A stretch of 64,000 bases of DNA from Tubulanus polymorphus (lineage: Eukaryota; Animalia; Nemertea): assembly GCF_964204645.1 (NCBI RefSeq), contig NW_027437442.1, positions 61,001-125,000 of the forward strand, in the 5' to 3' direction. The translations under genes were made by a program, and so were the position numbers. Positions 48,788 through 61,120 of the stretch are shown in pieces; position 1 is the stretch's first letter; each line of letters begins with the position of its first letter. Under the pieces are notes generated by a model that saw only the letters and a program-made list of their open reading frames with translations, did no database searches and was not told the DNA's origin.

Positions 48788-51700
48788 TTAACACGTTAGA
48801 ATTCTTTTCATTATCTCGTTCTCTTTTGTTTCTTCTCTTTTAAATTTTAAGTATTCATCTAAATTACAACCATAAGCAACTGTATGAATTCCATCATCTA
48901 AAATATATCTTTTATCATCAAATGGGTTTAGACTTATCTTTTCAATTTCTTCAATAAACATTTCATGATCTTCAGATCTTAAACATATCATCTTATGTTT
49001 TCTAACTTCTTCATTGAATATACAATTGATGTAATCTTTGAAATGAATATTCTTTTCTACTACACTTTTGGTTATTCCTTTTAACTTTTTAGCTTCATGT
49101 TCTTTAGTTTTATATGAATACATTTTAGATCTAATACCTATGAACTCTATCATTTCTTCACCACCTAATTCACGGGAACTTTTTTATTATCATTGCTAAA
49201 CAATTCATGATCTTTAGGATAGTTACTAAAATCAAAATGATGTTTTAATGTTTTTAAATCATCAGTTATGTTATATGTTTTTATCTTTAATATGTAAGAA
49301 TCTGTATCAAAGTATAATATTTCTATATGTTTTTATCCAAAAAGTGGTTGTAATACATTATAATAGAATTCATACATTAGTAATTTTGATAATTCTAAAA
49401 CTGAAGCGCCAACATAGATTGGTTTATTAAATTTCATTGATGTTCTTCTCATTTTAACTGCGGCTAAATTTTCATCAAATATTCTGTTACCTATAAATTT
49501 AGGATATGTTTGTAAATGTCTAATTCTTTTACCATTACTAACTAACTCAATATCATTTCTATTTCTAATATTTTCACAAGTCTTACCATAGAATGCATTG
49601 TTCATTAACTTGAAGAAATCATTCTCGAAATCAGTTTTAGCTTCAGTTCTCTGTTTGGTGTTAAAATCTATATATTTTTCTAACCACTTAGATTGACTAA
49701 ATGAAATATATCTATGTACTTTTTTTAGAATCATTCCTTGTTTTAGATAAAACTTTAACATTCTGTAATGTACTACATAATTATATTTATCTTCTTGAGT
49801 TACCATTAACTTTTCTGTATGAATAAAATTTTCGGGTTTAATTCTTTTTTGATAATTTGATAATTCTTCATGAGTAACGGTTTTATGTTCGGGACAGTAT
49901 GCTAGATTTCTAGATTTAAATTTAATATGTTCAGGATATTCTAAATCTACAACAAAGAAGTAACCAGTATCTGAATCATCTGCAATATCTAGAATTCTTT
50001 TCTTCCAATCAAATTTATCATTATTTTCATTCTGTAAAACTTCACTTATTTCAAATACTCCATAAGGTTGTGGTTCCATCATTGCCCAACCATACAAATT
50101 ATTTGCATCTATATATAATAACTTATCCAGGGTTATCATTTACATTGAAATATCTATCACCTAATACACCTGAAACTCCTCCTCTTATAGATTTTTCAAA
50201 TAATAATAATTGATCTATATTTGTTAACAAATCCATTTTTATATCTGTAAATTTTAATCCACAATCCCATGTTAAACCTGGGCTAGAATAACAATGACAA
50301 GGATCAATATTGAAATATTTTAGGTTTACATCTCAAAACCTTTCGAATATATCGGTTAATAATAATACATCTGATTTTAAATATAAATCTACTAATTGTC
50401 CATGATTTTCTATTTTGAAATGATTCCAAATATTCAATGTTCTATTATATACTTCATCTTTAACATATTCATTTTTTAATTCATCATAGAATTGTTCTTT
50501 TAATAATTCAGTTATATTGAAATCATTATGATTTTTATAGAAAGAATATGGAATTGCTCCTTTATATCTCATTAATTGAAAATCATCATTATTTGGGTAG
50601 TGTTGTTTTAATATTTTTAATTCATCAGCAACTAATGATTTTGATAAGTTATCTAATGAACTATTTAAAAATCTATATGAATCTATAAATCTTAAACACC
50701 CAAATTGGAATGATATATAATTCTCAGATGTTTTAGCTAACATTCTAAATTTATAAGTTGGTATTTTATCTTTTGATCTATTTGAATTTAATCTTTCTAT
50801 TTCATTATTAATTTCTTCTATTTTATGGCATAACTGTTTGATGAATAAATGTGCATCATATCCTGATAGATTATGAAATATAACTGGTACAAAATTAATT
50901 TTCTTAGCTTGTAAGTTACAATTCTCATGTGCAGTGCCTCTAAACTTTCCATTCAAATGATCATGGTCTCTTACTTTTTTATCTCTAAAATTAAATATCT
51001 TTTCACAATAATAACATTTATCTGCAAACGCAAATTCTTCTTTATCTTCTTCTGTCATTATAATTTCTATATTTGTATTCAGTAATTTACTAAATCTTAT
51101 TTCATATTCAATTAGTAAGTCACAAAAATGATTGACAACATTTTCATTTCTGTAATTACAATATTCACTTTCAATTAGTTCTGGATAATCAGATTTAATA
51201 TATAACCCGAAAGCAGCAGCTGATTGATGAATCTTTTTAATAGTATTTGTTTTTGGTGGTTCATCTGAAAAATCATTTTCATTAGAATTTAATTTCTTTC
51301 TTTTATAATATATTTCTTTTCTATCTTGATCAGTTAATTCTTTATTTAATGATTCAAAATCTCCATATATAACAAATGGAACTTTATCTTTGTAATCTTA
51401 TTTTTTGAATTCTAATATTTTATCTTTTTCATTTGGTAAAACTAATTTACAATAATCATGATTTTCACATAATTGTTTATGATTTAATAATGTACTTTCA
51501 TTACTGAATCTATGTAAACATTTTCTACAAAGATATATTTTATGGTGATCACTTTCTGTTCTAAAGAATAAATCTATTTGTTTAATCCACATATAATGAT
51601 TCTCATAATATAGTATATCTATAACATCGTTTGAATCATAATCTTTTGATAGATATAAAGGTTCTAATGTATAATGTTTTATATTGTTACCTTTTGTATT

Positions 51701-52813
51701 TGGTAATTTGATTAAATCAAATACATTTATTCTTAAATTATTATCTCTTTCTATTTTTGGGATGTTTTTAATTATAACAGGATACTTATCTATCTTATAA
51801 TTATTTTCAAATTGTTTATAATTTGTTAATCTATAAGTATGTTTATTATAATCTTCAACTGGGTTTAAGCAACTTATTATAGCCTATAGAAAACATTTAT
51901 CATCTTCATTTTGTACATTTATTACAGCATTAGTTTTAAATGGTAGTTTAATATAACTTGATGCTTCAATATCTGGTTCTTTATAATATGATACATTATT
52001 TTCATCAATTGGTTTTGATTTAGTTAACTTATTATATTTTGTGTTATAAACATGTAAAGTCATAAATATTATTTCATCAAATATTAAACCAGATCCTTCA
52101 AAATATTTCTCTTCTATGTTAGTTTTTACTTCATTATAAGATTTATCTTATTTATCATCTATATGTTGTTTTGAAATAATATGTTGTGAATGAGAATTTA
52201 TATTATATATTGGTTTATCTTCAGATTTTATGAATTTAACTTTAACTGATATACTAATTTTAGGATATTCAACATCAGTTATTATTTTTATTATTTCTTT
52301 CATATTATCTAAAAGTTTTTTATTTTCTTCTAATGTTTTTCCTTCATGAAATTTAAACTCGATAGCTGCTGGACCAGTATCACTTTTATATGCTTCGGTT
52401 ATCTCTATATCTTTTTTATTATCCAATAAATTAATATATTTTCTTACATCTTCCATGTATGGTCTTTTATTGTTTAATTTATTTTTTATGTTTTTAATTG
52501 TCTTCTGTTTCTTATCATTATCTTTATCAAAATAATCTTCACCTAAGATATCATTATTGATATTTCTAATATGATTTTTAGATTTCAAATGTTCTTTATA
52601 ATATCTTTTATCACTGAATGATTGATTACATGTATCACATTTGTATGTTTCTTTTTCATTGTTTAATTCATCTAATTTAGTTTCTAATATATCATCTTTA
52701 TATTCTAGTTTCAATTTATTCTCTAAATGTGTTTTAGTTTTATTGTGTCTTGCTTTTTGGGATTTATCTATATTGATTTTACATGTGGAACAGTAGTACT
52801 TATTTGCTTCCAT
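48788..52813 (-). CDS. Protein-primed DNA polymerase B with N-terminal C2H2 fingers and an endonuclease VII-like domain (several stops/frameshifts)
   Basis: Exonuclease motifs YGDFES, FHNLSGYD, YLKSDV; RDHDH...GTAHENCN; polymerase motifs IRGGVS, YIDANNLYGWAM, FKLMNNAFYGK, YFDTDS (~49300), IRSKMYS, KLKGI. Confidence 0.96.
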
Positions 52814-52871
52814 TTTGATATCAAATTTTTTTTTTAAATTGATTTTAGAAGTTCAATGATTTATATCATGT

Positions 52872-53296
52872 ATTATTTCAATCACACTTTACTAACACTT
52901 TTAATGTTTAAAAATCTAACTCACACAAATATGAATATTGAAATAATGTTGTAAATATATACTTTTATATTGAATAATCTGTCAATTTAAATGTTATTCA
53001 TGTACATGATTATTTTAAGAGTAATAGGGGTAATGGGCTTTCAGGTTAAAGGTTGAATGGTCGAGTTCATTTAAAAACAAAACATTAAAAGTAATTTAAA
53101 ACTATAATATATTTTCATAACCGTGTGTATTTCAGTTGAATAATAGAATAATTATTATTATTAAAATATATTTGATTATATGAATTTGTGTATTTTAAAT
53201 AAATCAATTGGTCGCGGAGCGGAGCGGTAGCGAAGTGGAGCGACCAATTGATTTATTTATTTACCTTTGGCCTGAAAGCCCATTACCCCTATTACT
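52872..53296. repeat. Right terminal inverted repeat region, with an inner terminal-motif copy at 53020 and a 20-bp stem hairpin
   Basis: agtaataggggtaatgggctttcagg at 53020 faces the true terminus at 53263-53296; stem 53196-53215 / 53240-53259. Confidence 0.92.
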
Positions 53297-56200
53297 GTGA
53301 GCGACTTAAACTACCAAAACTAGATGGACGTCAAACGGACGTCTCTTCGCTATCACAACAAATGAAAGACCTTCAAAAGACTATAACTTCACTCCAACTC
53401 CAACTGACCAGTATGAATGCTGATATAAGTGCTGTAGAGAACCACAACAAAACTGTTATTATTCCAGATCATGATATGCCAGTACTCACACCAGAGACTA
53501 CGGTCCAATGCAGTGCGACAGTTAGTCTTCCAGATACGAAAACGTTAGAAAGCACGACTGTAAGATTACCTCCCGAATTTCGGCCACAGTCATTCCCTAA
53601 ACCGAATCAATCGAACCTGCAAGACTTTGCTGCCGGTCTTACTTATAGCGATGTCGTTAAACATGGGCAGACTGATCCTCACACTGACGATGAAGCAACC
53701 CCTTGGACTGAAGTTAATCGCCAGCGTCGAAAATCTAATCATCCGAAAAAAAACTGAGAAGAGCTTTAAGATACAGGGAGTGCCGCGCGCAAAGTCCCCA
53801 GTCGAGCTGTTTATCACCCGCTTGCGACCTGGAACTACGGCCGATAATGTCTCGAACCACATACGGGAACAGTGCGGCATTAATTCTTGGTGCACAAAAC
53901 TTAGACCAAATATGATACTTACTCCTCCTTCAGGGTTAAAATACCTGGCGGGAATTACGAACAGGTCACGAACCTTGAAATGTGGCCGCAATATACATTC
54001 ATAAAAAGATTTAGAAAACCGAGATAAGACAGAGATGTACAACTACAGAAAACAGAAAACAGAGACGCGTGGTGGCAAGGCTATGAAATGCCAGATGATG
54101 AACACAGGTATGATCACCAGTATCGACAGCAATATGAACGATACGACAACGACTGGTACGAACACAATTAGAATAGCGACGCTCAACTGTCACTCTCTGA
54201 AAAACAACATCTTAGATGTAAACAAACTTTGTAACGAAAGTGCTATCGTTCTCCTTCAAGAACACTGGCTTTTACCCCAAGATCTTAATTTCATGGACAA
54301 GGTCCACCCCAATTTCACTCATTTTTGGGAATCTGCAGTCGATACTTCTCGTGATATTTTGGTTGGCCGTCCATACGGCGGCACAGCCTTTCTATGGCGC
54401 AAATGTCTAACTTCGAAAATACATCGAATATCATATGGTGATCCGAAAATCATCGGAATCAAACTTAACGACGCTCATTTCTTGGTAATGGGAGACTTTA
54501 ACGCGTCACCGTCTGCCAACTTTGGAAATATTCTCCGACGCTTTACCGAGGATCACAGTCTTATTTCTGCCGACCTAGAAAATCTCTCACCAGATACCTA
54601 TACGTTTATTAGTGATGCGCATTGAACAACATCATGGCTGGATCACATTCTGACTAGTTATCAGATTAATCGAAAAATTACAAAGTACGAAGTTAAATAT
54701 CAATATATTATCTCCGATCATAGACCCCTGTGTTTCGAGCTTTCGCTGTCAAAAAAAGTCAAACAAATTCCATCGACGAAAACAGATAGGTCAACGAAAC
54801 GTTGTGTCCGATGGGACAAACTATCTGATACTGAAATCTCGCGATATAAACTTAAAACAGACGACAATCTGTCAGCAATCACAATCCCTTCAGAACTAAT
54901 ATGCTGTAAAGACCATAGCTGTGCCAATCCTACTCATTTGATCGCTGTTGACACTTTTTACGGAAACATCATTGACGCAATTCAGTCTGCGCAACATGAC
55001 ATATCGAGCATTACCGCACATACTGAAAACCAATTCGATATACCGGGATGGAACGACTTACTGCGAGAAGATCATGAGCGTGCCAGGGAAGCATTCCTGG
55101 CATGGCGTACAGTCGGTAGTCCAAAAAAGGCTATGAATACCAACGCATGCGCTTACTAAGATCGCGTTTTAAGCTGGCGTTGCGAAAATGTAGGAAACAG
55201 GAGGAAACTTTTAAATCCGATTCTTTAGCAAATAGCCTATACGCCAAGGACCCGTGTCAATTCTGGAACAAAGTTAAATGTTTCAATAATAAGTGCGCAC
55301 CTGTATCAACGTCTATCGATCACGCTACTGGTGATGAGGAAATAACCGAAAAATGGAGAGATCATTAACAGAAATTGTTTAACTACGTTACTAATGATAG
55401 AAATAGATCAGATGTAGAGGAATTTCTCTCTTATAGTTTAGATGACCACCTCGTGATTTCGCCCAACGACGTGGATCGTGCAAGTCAATCCACTTATAAA
55501 GTCAATTAAAACTGGAAAAGCTCCAGGTATTGATAATTTGCAAGCTGAAAGTTAAGTAAATGCGTCACCGATTATCGTTATATTACTGTCAATGTGTTTT
55601 ACATGTATGCTACAACACTCGTTTTTCCCCAACGTCTCTCAAAAGTTATAATTAATCCAATACCAAAAAACAAGACTGGGGATATGTCCAGTGTTAGTAA
55701 TTACAGGCCCATAGCTTTAGTGACAGTCATATCTAAAGTGTTTGAGAAAATAGTTTTATTTATTTGTGAGGATCTGTTAATAACCACCGACAATCAGTTC
55801 GGTTTTAAAAAGCGTCATTCAACTCAACATTGTATATTCGTTCTTAAGGAGACAGTCCAGCAGCAGTACATGGATGCTGGAGGTCCAGTATTTGCCTGCT
55901 TCCTAGACGCTTCAAAAGCATTTGACCGGATAAATCACTGGACTATGTTCAAAAAACTTGTAGATCTAAAAATTAATAGTAGGTTGATTAGGATACTTTT
56001 ATTTTGGTATAGAACTCAACAATATCATGTAAGATGGAACGGAGCTTTATCAGACGGCTTCAATGTGTCCAATGGAGTGAGACAGGGTGGGATTTTGTCA
56101 CCTCTCCTTTTTTGTATATATTTAAATGACCCTAGTGTCAAACTCAATTCTTTCAACATTGGCTGCATAAACTATGGTACTCTAATAAATCATTTAATAT

Positions 56201-56989
56201 ATGCCGACGACATTTGCATTTTTTGTCCGTCTGCAAAGGGTCTACAAACTCTAATGAATATTTGTAATAACTATGCAAGCCAACATGACATAACATTTAA
56301 TATAGATAAAAACTCAGTGTATAGTTTTTAAGCCATCTGGCTTTGTTTTCTATGGCAATGTTGTGCCGCCAGTGTATATGAATAATTGCCTCATAAAATA
56401 TGTAAATGATGTAAAATATCTAGGATATTACATTTCATCTGCTTTATCTGATGATGCAGACATGATTTATCAAACCAAATTGCTCTGCATCCGTGCAAAC
56501 TCTATTATCCGTAAATTTTCTTCCGGCAGCAATGTTGTGAAAAACAAACTGTTTTCTAGCTATTGTACGTCTTTTTATAGTATGCCTATTTGGTCAAATT
56601 TTTCTAAACAAACTTACAACCGCTTACGTGTGTGTTTCAATAATGCGTTCAGGCGCCTGCATCATTTTGAACCGGTGTAGTGCTGCCGCAATGTTTTTCA
56701 ATAATCATGTGAAAAGCTTCGGCGAGATTTACCGCAAAATAGTCTACTCTTTTAAATCCGGTATTCTGTCTCATCCAAACACTCTTGTTCAATCGATCTC
56801 TAGCTCAATTTCATTCTACTTTTCATCACTATTTAAAACATGGGACAGTATACTGTACACACAATAAAGTCGTAACCTTAAAACAGTGCTATGTATTTTG
56901 TATATTTGTCATTATAATATTTTTGTAAAAAAATTTGTTATATGGACATATGTCTGAAATAAAACATAATAATAATAATAATAATAATA
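53297..56989 (+). mobile_element. 3' part of the CR1/L2-group LINE: rest of ORF1, fragmented APE-RT ORF2, AATAAA and (AAT)n tail
   Basis: APE motifs ATLNC, LLQEHW, GRPYGG, MGDFNA, WLDH, SDHRP; RT motifs NYRPIAL, QFGF, LDASKAFD, GVRQGGILSP, YADD, KYLG; tail at 56958-56989. Confidence 0.93.
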
Positions 56990-57960
56990 AAATTATATCT
57001 TTCGTACTTGATTAAAAAGAAATGGTTCTCAGCCGAACAATTTGTTTCTAGGGTTAATGAATTTAAGTATATTGGTTATGATTCTAGATATTCCGTCAGT
57101 TTCTGTAAAAAAAAAGAAATCTGAAATCAAGATTCCAGGCAGAGCTATTCAGAATTGGACATTACTTCGACTGCTTCCTGTTATCTTATCAGATGATATA
57201 TATAAGATACTGATGATCCCGTCTGGAAACTAATTATTTTATTCCGGGAACTGGTAGAAATTGTTTGTTCACCTAAGCTTACGAGGAGAATGGTTGCAAT
57301 TATGGATTTACTTATCAAATGAATACCTACATCTTCGAAAATTTCATTTTCCTGAATCACTTTTAAAACCAAAACACCATTTTCTATTACATAAGACTGT
57401 TTCATTTGGCCCTCTTATACATATGTGGACCATGAGGATGGAGGGAAAGTACTCTTATTTTAAATGAGTGACGCGTCGCATTCAGAATTTTAAGAATATT
57501 CTGATATCAGAAAACACCAGTTTTTACTCGCTTATTACTCCTGTGGTCACATATATGAAATGGAGCTTAAGTTTGAAAAAATGTTGCAACTGTTTTCATT
57601 GATAGGATATATTCTTAAGATGTGCAACATTGTATTAGGGCCTGTTTAGCAGAACAAACTGAAATTTCTACGGTCAAAAAGTTATCATGGAGAAATGTTG
57701 GGTATAAAGCTGGTTGTGATATGTTCGTAATTTTGTGATGTTCACATGATGGACTTATTCTAGGTGATATTTTGTTGTTGTTGATCAGAAACCAGCAAGC
57801 ATTCTGTGTGCTTGAAAAGCACCATGCCAACTATGATGGTAGCTTTGGAGTACGGACTTCGAGTAATTTTCTTGAGAAACTCTGTTTGTCGCGAAAGCAA
57901 TTTTTTTTATTTCTAGTGACTGTTAGGTGCTGCCACCTTTTCTGGTGTGCAAGTTTCATT
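56990..57960 (+). mobile_element. CACTA/EnSpm-type transposase pseudogene, 3' part
   Basis: Continues 29769 (DLKLY|LSYLIKKKWF); GRAIQNWTLLRLLP, LKPKHHFLLH, FGPLIHMWTMRMEGK. Confidence 0.78.
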
Positions 57961-58278
57961 TTTTCCTAAAATTAGGGTTTTAGTTCCAACTTAATTGAAA
58001 CTTCCTGTGAAAACAAAATAGATGGAACATGAATACTGCTCGAATAAATTCGACATAAGAGAAGGAAAGTAGTTACTTATGGTTTTATTTTCTGATTGAG
58101 CTTATTCGCAACACTGTTTGCATCTCGGATCTATCCTGGACTATAATCCATTGTTTTCATACAACATGCTTAATCGAGCCGTAATTGTTTTGAAGCACAC
58201 ACCAAACAGAGCATTATAGAAGCAGTAAGTTAAGATCTTAGATCCTGACAAATTTAGAAATAATGAATAACAATATAT

Positions 58279-58921
58279 CTGTGTTCACATGACGAAATTT
58301 AGACCGATCTAAATTGGCACGGTCTAAAAGAGCGAACCAGATCCGGTCCAAATTTTGGACCGGTCTAAATCTATGTGCGTGGACAGAAACTAGTACCTGG
58401 TCCGGTCTAAATCGTAATTCTGAATCTCTGCGGTAGATGCTGCGACCTCTGCGGTAGAGTGTGAGTCCAGTTAATTAAGTTTTAAATGCTTTAATTACCA
58501 TTTATGTAATATATATCTAAAACCCAATCCCATGGAAATGTTTTGGTGTAACAAATATTCGTATGTCGCAATCATCATCCGTTTTACTTCCGTGTTTTGA
58601 ATCGTGTTAAAACGACACTTTGAGTTTCAGTGTGATAAAATTAAATCTAATTCGCAATAAATGGCTTAACCTGACAGAGGATCGAATTGACCAAATGAAG
58701 AATGTCTTGTTCTATTTGGAATCGGGAAGCAAGACTTCACCCAGGGCCCGTTAATTATTTAGCATATGGCGACATCTTGTCGGCCCGGTGACAAGCAAAT
58801 TTATCAACGCGTGCCAAAAACGCCGTGCGAACGCTTAACAAAATTTGGTCCGGTATAAATTTGGACCGGACCAGGTACGGACCCATTTAGACCGTCTAAC
58901 TACTTTTTGTGTGAACGCGGC
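58279..58921. mobile_element. MITE-like element (PIF/Harbinger-like ends) with internal ggaccgg/tagaccg repeats
   Basis: ctgtgttcaca... and ...tgtgaacgcgg ends, with multiple subterminal gaccg motifs in both orientations. Confidence 0.55.
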
Positions 58922-60010
58922 TTATGTGTAATTTTAGTGAAAAGTTAATGGTATTATGAGTTGTGTAGGTGTCACAATGAAAATAACATAGAAGAGAATT
59001 TTTTTCAGAATATTTGGCATGCGCATCCTGTCCCTAATGATGAATTTAATGAATATAATGTCACTTTAATACTGTAATTTTTCCATTCTGTCCCTACATC
59101 TATACATTTGTATTTGTTTGTCTCTGAATCTTTGCAAATGTCTCTCCTAGATACAATTCATGGAAACTACTCGATTGTTGATGGATGTTCCAACACCATC
59201 GGCAAGTATTATCCAATTTTGATAATGTTATGACAGAGATTTTTGATTTGTAAGCTTTTTCAAACAAGATGCTTTTTGCAGTAGTTTATATGAATAAATG
59301 TTCATTGAAATAATGACAATCATAATGGTCATTTGCCGTGTCCTAAGCATCCTGCATCTCATGCAGCAGAACATCGTGTTACAATTTGTATTTGAAAGTT
59401 CAAATTACATGTCTATCAATTGATTAGAATAATTTTCTTTTTTTTGTAGGCTCATTGAAATTACTAGCCTCTCCATACGAAATACAACTCAATCTATCTG
59501 ATAGAACTGAGATGAAGATGTTTGTGAGACATTGCTTAATGATGACCCTATTGTACAGCTGAAGATTAATAAAGCTTAGAACATTGATTGGTGAATTTGA
59601 GAATTGGTGAATTTGAGAATTATGTTCCAAAAGGAGTTGTTTATGAGTAACTGAAAAGTATGGGGGAGTAAAGTTTGAAAAAAATCTATCAAACAGGTGT
59701 CAGGGTTGGTCTAGGGCTAGAAAGTAATCCATTGCGTAGCCGTCTTTTATCATAGCAGTAGTGAGATTTTGAGCCTATATTCCTCAAATTTGCAGTGCCT
59801 ATCAAGCTGTAGTTTTGTTTTCATTTCAGGGTCGGATATGTTAGATGCCTTGAATGTATTTCAGGCCGGCGACCTTTAGTTGAAAGGATAATAAAGCATA
59901 AAACTGATGGAAGCGAATCATTGAAAGCCAATTCGAACAAAACCAAATCCAAAATAACTATAGCTCGTAGTAGTGAATTGAGCGGGATATTCACTTAAGC
60001 TAATGCATCA

Positions 60011-60520
60011 ATGGGTCCAATGACGAGGAAACTAAACGAGATTCTTCATCATATTGGAGTGGATAGGGAAGCCTATCAATCAAATAGTTTTGTGAGAAAC
60101 ATCCACAAAATGATGAAAATTAATGAAACAAACGGTATAAACAACCCCCAAAAACTTTGTAATGTTCTCGAGGGTCATGAAGAATTGGGAATATTTAACG
60201 AATTATTTCAAACATTCCATAAGATTTACTCACTTTAAACAGCTGCACGATTTCTCTCTCACAACGAAATAGATCTGCTTGAGAACTTGTGCCACAATTT
60301 TGGCATGTTCTTCACAGAAAAATTCCCCACATCAACTATTACACCAAAGTTCCACATGCTATTAATATTTCATGTACCAGAATTCGTCAGAATTTTGATC
60401 TCTCGGCATCTTCAGTGAGCAGGCACTTGAATCGATTCATGCAAGTATGAATAATGACGTGCGAACATAAGCATAATCAGGGATTAAGTTCGCCGGGCTG
60501 AACATCTATTTAGAAACCGA
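60011..60520 (+). pseudogene. DDE transposase C-terminal remnant of Transib/Chapaev (RAG1-like fold) type
   Basis: REAYQSNSFV, then after a stop TITPKFHMLLIFHVPEFV...LGIFSEQALESIH. Confidence 0.6.
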
Positions 60521-61120
60521 GGTTCATAGTCATAAAAAAATGTTGAAGTTATATTCGCTTAAACGAAAATGTCCTTGCGGAGGCTTTTATATGAAGCAGT
60601 TGTCTGATAGTTCGGTAATGATCTCTCAGACTTGCAAGAAATCTAGCACCTAAAAAGTAAGAAAGTACAATAGTTATCTCGTATATATCTATTTTTTCAT
60701 GTGTTTTTGCATACTTGGATATAAGTAATTACTTCTAAATATTATATATGTAAATGCTATCTTTAAAAAACTAGAGGACCATCGGTCCTGTGCTCTCGAG
60801 GCAAAGGTTTTTTTATAATATCAATGAAAACATATTACATTGATCATTCTTAATCTTTTAATTATGCAGATCTGTTCGCTTCACAAATGCCCTGTCCACT
60901 TCGGTGGAACTGGGGCGCCTCAAGATAGTGGAAGGCAGAAAAAATACGTCAGATCGATTTGTTATGGCCGGTTATAGTACAAAAAGATCGACGGACCAAT
61001 GTATATGTAATAGAGTGATTTTTGATATGTCAATCTCAATGGAATTGGGATTGAATGGGTTAAAACTGCATTACTATATTGTGGCGCCTCTGTGACAAGT
61101 TGAGGTACTAATCTGTCTGC

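Larger units (their letters stand above)
30652..53296. mobile_element. Complete Maverick/Polinton-like endogenous virus (adintovirus-like), copy B, 22,645 bp including a 4.5-kb secondary insertion
   Basis: Termini agtaataggggaaatgggctttcaggccaaaggt ... acctttggcctgaaagcccattacccctattact; perfect 6-bp TSD GTGAGC (30646-30651 and 53297-53302); pPolB, integrase, ATPase and capsid gene set. Confidence 0.97.

Noticed and set aside
40108-52813. Programmed frameshifting in ATPase, capsid and pPolB
   Set aside because: Lesions are numerous and include plain stops, and copy A reads through at the ATPase site (LNQKYKS). Decay or homopolymer sequencing error explains them better.
30652-53296. Phage or bacterial contamination, or a free viral contig
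   Set aside because: TSD-flanked integration within a LINE, and contiguity with spliced animal genes.
53248-53757. 169-aa ORF as a standalone gene
   Set aside because: Chimera of viral TIR sequence read into the interrupted LINE ORF1.
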